A stretch of DNA of 62,471 nucleotides, filler included. It is 3 parts of 3 records of this genome, joined end to end, with 100 filler letters (N's around TTAATTAATTAA, not from the genome) between each part and the next. Parts side by side here need not be neighbours in the genome. Positions count along the whole stretch, not along the records: positions 28,180 to 47,154 come from SRR31156797_6438; 2 more parts are not named here. One strand, 5' to 3'. The first letter of the stretch is position 1. Each line of letters starts with the position of its first letter. A program made the translations under genes and the position numbers. Shown piece by piece: positions 31,538-40,473 of the stretch. The notes below the pieces were generated by a model. It was not told the DNA's origin. It did not search any database and saw only the letters and a list, made by a program, of their open reading frames with translations.

Positions 31538-32719
31538 TTATTTGCTTAAATTGTATAGTAGTAATCGATAAGTTAATAAAGCACTAAAAACACATAAAGC
31601 TGCCATTAAATAAACAGCTGTAAATCCTACTTGGTCTGATATTAATCCCCAAAGAAATGCACCTAAGCCAATCCCAATATCAAGAGCTGCATACAGTGTT
31701 CCATTTGCTGCCCCTCGTTTATCACTTGAACTTCGCTTAAATACTATTACGCTTATTATCGGAGTAATCACACCATTACCAAATCCATACATTACTGCAA
31801 CTACTAATAATATTGGTAAACTGTATGTAAAAGCCAGCAATACAAATGAACTTCCGCAAAGAACCATTGCTGGTACTATAGTCTTAGTTACTCCAAACTT
31901 TCTTATTAATTTTCCTATAATAAATCTGGATGTAATGACTGCTAAAGCATATATAGTAAAAAACAATCCAACATTGTCTATCTGTCTTGATGCACCGAAT
32001 ACTGTCATAAACGATATTACGCTTCCATTACTTAACGCTACCAAAAGCATCACTATCGCTGGTTTTATTGCTGTTTTTTCGAAGTAGTCTTTAATTACGA
32101 ACTTATGCTTTTTAGCATTATTTGAAGTGCTGCTTTCTTTTTTATTCTTTTCATAATTGAATGCAAGAACCACAAATAGCTCAATAACATTCATAGCAAG
32201 AGCGAAAAGAAAAAATGTATCAAAGCTATATCTCTCAATAATCACTATTCCCAATGCTGGTCCTATAGCCGTCGCTGCTGCAAGCCCAAGGAAATAAAAT
32301 CCCAGTCCCTCAGGTAATCTGGATTTTGGCAGCACATCTGCGGCTGCTGCTCCATTTGCTGTTGATATAGCACTAAAAGCAAAGCCATTGATTATGCGAA
32401 GAACCAATAGAACTGTAATAGAGAAAGCAAAACTATATAAAGATGACACAGCAATAAATAGGATTACTCCAATCAGTATAACAGTTCTTTTGCCCTTGTT
32501 ATCTGTTATGTGTCCCCACAATGGTCTGGCTATTAGTGCAGCTATAGAATATACTGCTGTAAGTACCCCAGTAATTGAATTACTGCTTCCAATCTCATTA
32601 ACATAAAGTGGAATAATAGTTAAGAGAGTATAATGAGCCATATTGGTAAGGAAATTAATCCCAAGTGCCATTATAAAAAACTTATTCCATAGTTTATCCT
32701 GGTGTGCTTTTAATACCAT
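31538..32719 (-). CDS. MFS transporter
   Basis: About 12 hydrophobic segments, GHITDNKGKR motif A, LRIINGFAF; start moved to MVLKAHQDKLWNK. Confidence 0.92.
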   Translation of the reverse strand: MVLKAHQDKLWNKFFIMALGINFLTNMAHYTLLTIIPLYVNEIGSSNSITGVLTAVYSIAALIARPLWGHITDNKGKRTVILIGVILFIAVSSLYSFAFSITVLLVLRIINGFAFSAISTANGAAAADVLPKSRLPEGLGFYFLGLAAATAIGPALGIVIIERYSFDTFFLFALAMNVIELFVVLAFNYEKNKKESSTSNNAKKHKFVIKDYFEKTAIKPAIVMLLVALSNGSVISFMTVFGASRQIDNVGLFFTIYALAVITSRFIIGKLIRKFGVTKTIVPAMVLCGSSFVLLAFTYSLPILLVVAVMYGFGNGVITPIISVIVFKRSSSDKRGAANGTLYAALDIGIGLGAFLWGLISDQVGFTAVYLMAALCVFSALLTYRLLLYNLSK

Positions 32720-32844
32720 TATATGTCCTTTAATTACTATTAAGCTAATGGGCAACGCCTAATTATTTAAATATGATTAACTTCTGCTAACACAATTTAT
32801 AGCATTGCCCAATAATAATATTTGTTCATGAGTTAAAAATCTAA

Positions 32845-34503
32845 TTACTCTGGCAGCTTACTCAAAGTACGATAATAGCTTCCGCATAAGTTATTTGGGT
32901 TGAATGCTTCACGTACTCTATATTGATAGTATGTAACAAGAGGCTGAGGCATCTTTGAGAACATTGCATCTTGTTCATCCTGAGTATAGTCAAAACCATC
33001 TTCTCTGCGTGCACTTTCGTTCCACTTAGACATATCAACACCAAGCTTCTTCTTATTCATCCACTCCTGAGTAGCATTGAAGAATTCTGCTGTTCCCTTG
33101 ATTGTATCCTTTTGGTATGCATCAAAATGAGTAAAGAATTCCCATCCTGTACTGCCGCCACCGCCCATGATAGTAATAGAACCCATATCAGAGTCACCGC
33201 CAACCTGAGCCATAAAGTCTGTCTTTTCTTCCCATTCCTTTTTAAGTGCTGAAGCTTCCTCCATAACTGAACATGAAGTAAACAAATTACCGGAAAGACC
33301 AAAGTTACCTTCATATGCTCCGCAAAGAGTATAGTTTAGGTTTTTGTGTCCCATTCTTAATAGATACATCAACACCCAGTCCTTAATATCTTCCTGCAGC
33401 ATAAATTCATTCTTCCAGCCGCCTACTTTATCAAGTATTAAATTCAATACTTTTTCCTTGTATTCAGTATCACGTTCTGTCATTCCTGCTATCACTATCT
33501 GAATATCAATTTTCATTTCATCATTAGCCTTCTTTATTTCAGGATCATTTACATACCCTTCAAGGTCAGATAATTGACCATCTGGCTCAGTAAGAATCTT
33601 AATCATAGCTGTCTTAATATCACGTCCAAACATAGTGAACTGTCTGTGACCTAGGTATAATATCTCTGCTTGATGCAGCATATTTACTCCTTCAGCATAT
33701 GCATCCCAACTAGGGAAACATAGTGTATAAGCCTTAAAGTTATCAGGCAAACATGCCTTATATGCTGGTGCGTCACCTCTGCATGGTATATGAGTTGGAC
33801 CCGGCCATGGATGAAGTCTGATTGCTACACGTGTACAGATTCCCATTGAGCCTGCAGTTCCCTGCTTGGCACGAAGAATTGACCTAGTACTAGGTCCCGG
33901 ACCATCACCGCAAAACCAGCCTGAACCTGCTCCCAGCGTACCTGTACGAAGTATTTCACCATTTGGCAGTACCCACTCAGCGGATAGCATATTTTCTGTA
34001 GCTGCTCCCATAAATATAGTCTGTGGACCAAAGCCTACCCAACCAGCTGTAGATGCTGTAACCGAGCTAGAGCATCCAACACCCGGAATATTTAGGTTAA
34101 GTCCCTTTTTCATTGCTTCTGCTTGAACAACAGCACCAATAGCATGGGGCTCTACAACTGCGTACATGTTCTTATCATCTATTTCAATTTTATTCATTCT
34201 ACGCATATCGATTTGAACAGCGTAATTATCTGAAATATAGCCCATTGCTGACCAGAATGTAGTAGAAGCTTTAAACTTAATACCATATTTATTACACAGT
34301 TTTACAATTGCCTGCACCTCATCCGTACTTCCAGGCAAGATTACTGCCTGCGGCAATGGAGTCTTGTGGTCATATGGACCATAATGCGCTGATGACTGAG
34401 GTGCTATGCAACGGTATGTCTCCAAAACACCAGTATCCTGCGATATATTTCTTTCACCAACTACATCTTCAAATGCTTTATAGATTTCTTTTGTTAATGC
34501 CAT
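32845..34503 (-). CDS. FAD-binding oxidoreductase, VAO/PCMH (GlcD-like) family, 552 aa
   Basis: PQAVILPGSTDEVQAIVKLCN, IDMRRMN, EWVLPNGEILRTG, GSMGICT, FNPNN. Confidence 0.85.
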   Translation of the reverse strand: MALTKEIYKAFEDVVGERNISQDTGVLETYRCIAPQSSAHYGPYDHKTPLPQAVILPGSTDEVQAIVKLCNKYGIKFKASTTFWSAMGYISDNYAVQIDMRRMNKIEIDDKNMYAVVEPHAIGAVVQAEAMKKGLNLNIPGVGCSSSVTASTAGWVGFGPQTIFMGAATENMLSAEWVLPNGEILRTGTLGAGSGWFCGDGPGPSTRSILRAKQGTAGSMGICTRVAIRLHPWPGPTHIPCRGDAPAYKACLPDNFKAYTLCFPSWDAYAEGVNMLHQAEILYLGHRQFTMFGRDIKTAMIKILTEPDGQLSDLEGYVNDPEIKKANDEMKIDIQIVIAGMTERDTEYKEKVLNLILDKVGGWKNEFMLQEDIKDWVLMYLLRMGHKNLNYTLCGAYEGNFGLSGNLFTSCSVMEEASALKKEWEEKTDFMAQVGGDSDMGSITIMGGGGSTGWEFFTHFDAYQKDTIKGTAEFFNATQEWMNKKKLGVDMSKWNESARREDGFDYTQDEQDAMFSKMPQPLVTYYQYRVREAFNPNNLCGSYYRTLSKLPE

Positions 34504-34518
34504 AATATCACCACCTTA

Positions 34519-35793
34519 TCAAAGTGCCTGCTGAACAAGATCTATTATGTCCAGCACTTTTATTGTCTTGCCGTTTTCGTCTTTTGTATCAGTGAAGTTG
34601 CTTTCACACCACGGACATGCTGTAACTAAAGCATCGGCCCCTGTTGAGTTAGCTTCAAATATCCTTTCACCTGCTGTCCATTTTGAAAACTCGGGCATTG
34701 TCTCGCTGCATCCGCTTCCCGCTCCGCAGCACCATGAATACTCACGAATACGTTCCATTTCTACCAGTCTTACACCTGGAATAGCGTTCAGAATATTACG
34801 TGGTGCATCATAAATACCATATATTCCATTGAATCTTGGACGTGGTGGATCCCATGTATGGATTTGTTTACGAACTTTTTTCTCTTTGCCTTCCCATGGT
34901 ACATATGGTTCACCCAATCTTCCTAAGTGACATGGGTCATGATATGTTACTGTCATATCTAATTCTTTTGTGAACTTGACTTTACCTTCAGCAATTGCCT
35001 TTTCAATATATTCAACAATATGAAGAACTTCTATATTAAGTCCTAATTTCGCATATTGTCTCTTAAATGCATGATAACAGTCACTACATGGAGTAACTAT
35101 CGTTTTTGCGCCAGTTCTCTTGAATGCATCAATATTAATGCCAGCCTTCTTCTCGTACTCTTTTTGAAAGCCCATCTGGTGAGCCCTGCCTGCACAGCAC
35201 ATCTCTGCTTTACCTAATATAGCTACATCCACACCAATATCCTTTAGCAAATTAACCATATCTCTTGCTTTAGGCATTAGATTCTCATCATAACTGTATT
35301 TACAGCCTGGGAAAAATAATACCTCGGCAGTATCTTTTAAGGCATCCTTTACATCCAAACCATCTGCCCAGCTTGCACGGTCTTTTTTCAGCTTACCAGG
35401 TATCATAGTCTTTTCACTCATTAAGCTGTCAATTATTTCTTTTTGTTTTGGCAGTACTTTACCTTTTCCAATTATATCTGCCTTTAGTGCAATATTATGA
35501 TCTAATGGTTCCAAATTGTATCTTGTTACCTTGCAGGCACTGTCGCATGCGCCGCAGCTTGTACAGGCATGTATTGCTTTTGTAGTCTCATCAGAATATT
35601 CTGCATTACCATCCATTAGGGTTTGTGCTAATTGAAATCTGCCTCTTGCAGAATAAGTATTAAAATTGTAATAACCAATACTTGGGCAGTTTTCAGCAAA
35701 GCGTTGACTCTTTATCTTATCAAATGGAATCCATTTACATGAAGAGCAGTTGCTGCATCTCTCCATCATAGGACGGAAATCTTTTAATGACAT
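34519..35793 (-). CDS. Fe-S/CCG-domain electron-transfer subunit (GlcF/HdrD-like)
   Basis: CSNCSSC...CP and CTSCGACDSAC ferredoxin motifs; two CCG domains (CCAG..PCSDC; YHDPCHLGR..CCGAG..ACPWC). Confidence 0.92.
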   Translation of the reverse strand: MSLKDFRPMMERCSNCSSCKWIPFDKIKSQRFAENCPSIGYYNFNTYSARGRFQLAQTLMDGNAEYSDETTKAIHACTSCGACDSACKVTRYNLEPLDHNIALKADIIGKGKVLPKQKEIIDSLMSEKTMIPGKLKKDRASWADGLDVKDALKDTAEVLFFPGCKYSYDENLMPKARDMVNLLKDIGVDVAILGKAEMCCAGRAHQMGFQKEYEKKAGINIDAFKRTGAKTIVTPCSDCYHAFKRQYAKLGLNIEVLHIVEYIEKAIAEGKVKFTKELDMTVTYHDPCHLGRLGEPYVPWEGKEKKVRKQIHTWDPPRPRFNGIYGIYDAPRNILNAIPGVRLVEMERIREYSWCCGAGSGCSETMPEFSKWTAGERIFEANSTGADALVTACPWCESNFTDTKDENGKTIKVLDIIDLVQQAL

Positions 35794-35810
35794 ACTATTT
35801 TCCTCCTTCG

Positions 35811-37280
35811 TTAATTGTTGCTTAGTTTGCCGGGGTTCATAATCCGATTCGGATTGAAAATATCCCTTAGTTCTTCTAGTACTTTATATGACTCTGCATC
35901 TCTGTTAAGCTGTAGTTTTGACCAGATTCCATACGGACGGAAGTAATATGCTCCCATGTTCAGGAACTCTAGGCTGGCCTTTTCATATAAGGCAGCAACT
36001 TTTACTTTTTCTAATTTGCATTCAGAATTATATGGCAGAGTAAATGAACAGTGATATGAAGTTCCCATATTTTCAGGCTGCAGATAAACACCAACGTCTC
36101 TGGTGTAAACTGATTCTTTTGACATTTTTTCCATTGCTGTTATGAATTTTGGAGTCTGGTCCAAAGTAGTTGCAAAGAAAATATCCTGATGACTGCCTGC
36201 TGCTATGTCCTTCCAGCTTTGCTCTGCGCATGTTGACAAAGCTCGCTCTAGTACATTTTCACCCGATACTTTACCTATAGCTAATACAAAATCTAAGCCA
36301 TAAGATTGAGTAATTTCTTCGATATCTTTCTCTTGAGCTGATACTCTTTCTTCTGGTAAAAACTCTCTGCCGGTAATACCAATTACGGCTGTCCAAGGAG
36401 GAAGTTCCTTTACCAGTTTCTCTTTCTCTTCAGCACTGTCAGCCATCAAACCTGCCAGCTGTGCACCGTTCATAATGAAGAATTCTTCACTAAAGCGCAA
36501 CTTTATAACTTCATATGCAAAATCAATCAAGTTTTCCAATTTAGTTGCAGGTACTAAATATCCCTTATGTGCCTGCGGCATAGTCTCACATCTTATGGAT
36601 GCCCATGTTACTATACCCATACTTCCCTGTGCACCGGTAAGGATTCGATAGAAGTCAAGCATCATAGGACCTGCAGGTTCCCATTGCCATTTGTCTTCTT
36701 TCCACTGTTCTTCTAAGTTCATAACAGAACCAGCAGCTTCACCCGTATACATGCGATTACCATCACCCCATGTTACCTCAACGCAGCGCAATGGATCTAG
36801 ATTACACCATTGATGCAGTGAATTAAGTCTTGGTTCAGTTTCAAGTACACTTGTTACTACAGACTTACCTGCTCTGGGTCTAATAGGCATAGAAACTGTC
36901 ATACCTTCCTTTGCTAAAGCTTCATTTAGCTCATCATATGTAACCCCTGGCTCAATAACTGCCATTCTGTGCCTTTTGTTTATACCTAGTATTTTCTTCA
37001 TACCAGATAAGTCTACAATTACAGCTTGTGGTACAGACGGAACAGTATCCCCCTTATAATGCGGTGCTTGAGAACTAATTGGTACTAATGGTGTGTTTGT
37101 TTCATTAGCCCATCTTACAAGTTCTTCAACCTGATTGGCGTTTTTTACTTTTACTACATAATTGGGAGAAATTGACGGTGATATGCTTCTATCTTTTGAA
37201 TATGCTTCTAAGACTAAAGATTCATCACTGACATTTTCTTTGCCAACAATGGCAATTAAAGCATTCTTTATGTCGTTCAT
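35811..37280 (-). CDS. FAD-binding oxidoreductase, VAO/PCMH family, 489 aa
   Basis: LVPISS..PH, VIVDLSGMKKI, IEPGVT, GAQGSMGIVTW, FNPNRIMNPGKL. Confidence 0.88.
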   Translation of the reverse strand: MNDIKNALIAIVGKENVSDESLVLEAYSKDRSISPSISPNYVVKVKNANQVEELVRWANETNTPLVPISSQAPHYKGDTVPSVPQAVIVDLSGMKKILGINKRHRMAVIEPGVTYDELNEALAKEGMTVSMPIRPRAGKSVVTSVLETEPRLNSLHQWCNLDPLRCVEVTWGDGNRMYTGEAAGSVMNLEEQWKEDKWQWEPAGPMMLDFYRILTGAQGSMGIVTWASIRCETMPQAHKGYLVPATKLENLIDFAYEVIKLRFSEEFFIMNGAQLAGLMADSAEEKEKLVKELPPWTAVIGITGREFLPEERVSAQEKDIEEITQSYGLDFVLAIGKVSGENVLERALSTCAEQSWKDIAAGSHQDIFFATTLDQTPKFITAMEKMSKESVYTRDVGVYLQPENMGTSYHCSFTLPYNSECKLEKVKVAALYEKASLEFLNMGAYYFRPYGIWSKLQLNRDAESYKVLEELRDIFNPNRIMNPGKLSNN

Positions 37281-37325
37281 TTCTTATCCTCCTTCTAGCT
37301 TTAGTTTACTACAATTCAATAATCA

Positions 37326-37363
37326 TGAATATATTCGTTGAATATATTCACTGAATATATTCA
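37326..37363. promoter_or_regulatory. Triple tandem palindromic operator array (13-bp period)
   Basis: TGAATATATTCG-T-TGAATATATTCA-C-TGAATATATTCA. Confidence 0.88.
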
Positions 37364-37391
37364 TAATAGTCCTTTTTCACTTACACGTCAA
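37363..37391 (-). promoter_or_regulatory. sigmaA promoter for the FAD/Fe-S/FAD/MFS operon
   Basis: TTGACG-17 bp-TATTAT, abutting the operator array. Confidence 0.8.
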
Positions 37392-37418
37392 GAGATTTTT
37401 TAGCATTTATATTACAAA

Positions 37419-37473
37419 TGAATTAGGTTCAGTGAATTAATTCATTGACAATGAGATTTTTTTTTGTAATAAT
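37419..37473 (+). promoter_or_regulatory. tetR promoter with two degenerate operator copies
   Basis: TGAATTAGGTTCA-G-TGAATTAATTCA directly before TTGACA-17 bp-AATAAT (extended TG). Confidence 0.65.
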
Positions 37474-37514
37474 ATTGTTCAGTAATGAGAAATTAAATTA
37501 ACGGAGTAGTTACA

Positions 37515-38099
37515 ATGAGTACGATGACAAGCAGACAAAAACAAGCTGTACAAACCAAAAAGAAAATTTTCAACGCCGCTGTGTATTTAATGCAAAAGCA
37601 CGGCATTGAGGATACGACTATAGAACAAATATGCAAGCATGCTGAAGTATCTGTAGGTTCATTCTACAATTATTACAAATCAAAAGATGACGTAATAGTT
37701 GTTGCTTTCGAATCTGCTGACCAATACTTCAAAGACATTGTTGTGGAAGAAATTAAAAAGCTGGATGTAAAGGATAAAATAATCACATTCTTTCTTCACT
37801 ATGCTAAATACAATAACCAACAGGGATTGCCATTCGTAAAAAACCTGTACAGCAACAGTGAGCAAAAACTATTTATTGCAAGAAATAGGTATATGCATCA
37901 ATTACTGAGGGATATAATAACTGAGGGTCACAATAGCGGAAAACTAAAAAATGAAATGAGCGCTGCAGAAATAGAAAATTTTTTGTTTATAGTAGCGAGA
38001 GGTGTAATCAATGACTGGTGCTTATATGATGGTGAGTATGATTTAGAGAAAAAGTTAGAATCATATATTAGCATGATTATCGGTATATATGTAAAGTAA
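37515..38099 (+). CDS. TetR/AcrR-family transcriptional regulator
   Basis: TKKKIFNAA..L, TTIEQICKHAEVSVGSFYNYYKSKDD HTH. Confidence 0.95.
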   Translation: MSTMTSRQKQAVQTKKKIFNAAVYLMQKHGIEDTTIEQICKHAEVSVGSFYNYYKSKDDVIVVAFESADQYFKDIVVEEIKKLDVKDKIITFFLHYAKYNNQQGLPFVKNLYSNSEQKLFIARNRYMHQLLRDIITEGHNSGKLKNEMSAAEIENFLFIVARGVINDWCLYDGEYDLEKKLESYISMIIGIYVK

Positions 38100-38144
38100 T
38101 TCAGCAGAATATGCTGAATTGAAGGGCAGCTTCTACCTGCCCTT
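38098..38144. terminator. Two hairpins between the convergent tetR and MBL genes
   Basis: AATTCAGCA..TGCTGAATT and AAGGGCAG..CTGCCCTT. Confidence 0.6.
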
Positions 38145-39034
38145 TATTCATCAAATCTCTCTGCAATGCTATTTGCTTCTCTTTCCTTAAACGACTCATA
38201 TCTTTCCATATATTCATCTAAAGCTATGCCCCATCTATCCTTATCAATAAACAGGCTTTCCATAGAGCCTTCATAATTTTCAACCTTTTGAATTATACCA
38301 TTAGGTCGAGGGTGGGTATCCAGCATAATATCTGCTTTTTCACTTTTTAGCTTTTTAATAGACTCAATATATTCTTCTCTTGCTTTTAGGTCAATATTAT
38401 ACTTTAGCAGTCTGCCAGTGTGCAGAGTAACAAAGCCTCCTATACCACAAATACCCGCAGTCAATTCCCTCTCACCATCACTTACATTGAATATAAAGCT
38501 CATTGAACCTGCAGAGTGTCCAGGGTTATAAATGCAGCGTACTCGAGTATTGCCTAATTCTATTATGTCCCCGTCATCCAGCTCTACATCTGGTATAAAA
38601 AACTTAGCATCTGGAACACCCGATGATTGAATTTCCGTATGTTCTGGATTTTCTCTAAAAACTTGAGCAGCATATTTATTAATAAATGTCTTACAATTAT
38701 TTTCTTTCTGCAAGTCATAAGTAGCACCAAAATGATCATAATGCTCGTGAGTATGGACAATATATCTAATGTCCTTTAATTGAAATCCTAGTTTCTTTAT
38801 ATTCTCCATATATTGATATTTCACATGAGGAAACCCAGTATCAAATAATATCAGTCCTTTACCAGTATCTACTAAGTGCAGACAGATAACTTTGTCTCCA
38901 ATATAATATAAATTACCGAATATCTTAAACGGTTCCAAGTATTTAGTCATATAGTCATTTAAATATGACTGACCTCTTTTATTATAAGACTTTTCTAATT
39001 CGTCCCACTGTTGTATCGCTTTGTCTCTATCCAT
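38144..39034 (-). CDS. MBL-fold metallo-hydrolase, subclass-B3-like, no signal peptide
   Basis: PFKIFGNLYYIG, LFDTG, HEHYDH, PGHSAG, DTHP. Confidence 0.88.
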   Translation of the reverse strand: MDRDKAIQQWDELEKSYNKRGQSYLNDYMTKYLEPFKIFGNLYYIGDKVICLHLVDTGKGLILFDTGFPHVKYQYMENIKKLGFQLKDIRYIVHTHEHYDHFGATYDLQKENNCKTFINKYAAQVFRENPEHTEIQSSGVPDAKFFIPDVELDDGDIIELGNTRVRCIYNPGHSAGSMSFIFNVSDGERELTAGICGIGGFVTLHTGRLLKYNIDLKAREEYIESIKKLKSEKADIMLDTHPRPNGIIQKVENYEGSMESLFIDKDRWGIALDEYMERYESFKEREANSIAERFDE

Positions 39035-39172
39035 ACTTCCTCCTTTGTGTAATACACATAGCTATAAACAGCCATGCTACAAATAATCGCCAATGTATGT
39101 CTAGTCATTAGATTCCAAGTGAATCATTGACTAGCCACACTTTCACTTTTTTATAATAGAAGCTCTTTGTAT

Positions 39173-39201
39173 ATTATATTAATAATAGCACTCTTTTACA
39201 A
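39173..39201 (-). promoter_or_regulatory. sigmaA promoter for the MBL gene
   Basis: TTGTAA-17 bp-TATAAT. Confidence 0.65.
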
Positions 39202-39284
39202 ATCTTAAGTAATAAATATATATTCCCTATGTTTACAGCTATTGTGCAAACTTAGAGAATATATTTTTATATTATACTAATTTA

Positions 39285-40433
39285 TCATATATCCCTTACT
39301 GAACCATCAAATGCTGTATTTGCAAAGAATACTTGTCGTGAATCCACAGGAGGAAACTTCTCCTCGATATCTGGTATAAGCTCTATTCCTATACCTGGAG
39401 CATCTGGTATCTGTATACATCCATCTGATACAATAAATGGCTCAACCATCATTTTACTCTCATTACCCTTGTCATAGAACGATGGGAATTCCTGAATAGC
39501 AAAATTCGGTATACATGCATCCAGCTGTAAGCAGGCAGCAGTGCTGACTGGACCTAAAGGATTGTGAGGTACTACTCCAACATAGTGTGCTTCAGCTATG
39601 CTTGCTACCTTTTTCGCAGCTGTTAAGCCTCCCAGCAAACATACATCAGGACGAATATAACGTACACCATTTCTTGTCAATAAGAATTCAAACTCCTGTA
39701 TGTTAAAGAATCGCTCACCTGTGGCAAATGGCACAGATGTCTTGCTGGACACATCTGCCAGCACTTGATAATTATCAGGGGGTATAGGATCTTCAATAAA
39801 CATAGGGTGATACTTTGCAATCCCCTCTGCAAAAGTTACAGCTTCTGCAGGATTCATACTACGGTGTACTTCAACGCATAAATCGAACTTCTCACCTACT
39901 GCCTCTCTGCACATACGGACTTTTTCAATGGCTAACTCTACCCTATTGCTGTAGATACTCTCTTCCAAATCCAAAGGAACATCGTTCATTGGTCCTGTCA
40001 GCATTAAGCGAGCTGCAGTAAAGCCCTCATCTTTAATCCTTTTACATCCTTCAGCCATTTTTTCAGCAGTAAATTCAAACACCGGTGCATAGCTTCTTAC
40101 TTTATTACGGCATTTACCACCTAACAATTCATATACTGGCGCATCTAGGGCTTTGCCCTTAATATCCCACAAAGCTATATCTATTGCAGATATTGCACTC
40201 ATTATTACAGCACCTCTAAAATATGTACTTCTGTACATCATCTGCCATAAGTGTTCTATTTTAAACGGATCTTTTCCAATGATACCGGTTTTTAATTTGT
40301 TTATAGCGCCGATTGTAGCTTCCAAAAAACTCCACGCTCCAGTCTCACCGATACCAGTGATTCCGACATCAGTTTCAACTTTGACAAACAGATATTTTCC
40401 AGCTCTAATCAATTTAATATCTTTTATTTTCAT
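39285..40433 (-). CDS. Mandelate racemase/muconate lactonizing family acid-sugar dehydratase (DgoD-like)
   Basis: SAIDIALWDIKGK...PVYELLGG, VEVHR, FIEDP, ATGER, PHNP, PGIGIE. Confidence 0.88.
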   Translation of the reverse strand: MKIKDIKLIRAGKYLFVKVETDVGITGIGETGAWSFLEATIGAINKLKTGIIGKDPFKIEHLWQMMYRSTYFRGAVIMSAISAIDIALWDIKGKALDAPVYELLGGKCRNKVRSYAPVFEFTAEKMAEGCKRIKDEGFTAARLMLTGPMNDVPLDLEESIYSNRVELAIEKVRMCREAVGEKFDLCVEVHRSMNPAEAVTFAEGIAKYHPMFIEDPIPPDNYQVLADVSSKTSVPFATGERFFNIQEFEFLLTRNGVRYIRPDVCLLGGLTAAKKVASIAEAHYVGVVPHNPLGPVSTAACLQLDACIPNFAIQEFPSFYDKGNESKMMVEPFIVSDGCIQIPDAPGIGIELIPDIEEKFPPVDSRQVFFANTAFDGSVRDI

Positions 40434-40473
40434 ATATTATACGGCGTTAAGCCTTCCTCATTTCCAGAATCAA

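Noticed and set aside
32749-32811. TGGGCAACGC...GCATTGCCCA inverted repeat before the MFS gene
   Set aside because: 10-bp imperfect stem with a loop of more than 40 nt and no U-tail; too weak to call.
31443-37363. 13-bp-period repeats as CRISPR, iterons or VNTR
   Set aside because: Only 1-bp spacers and three units; no cas or rep genes; their position on promoters fits operators.
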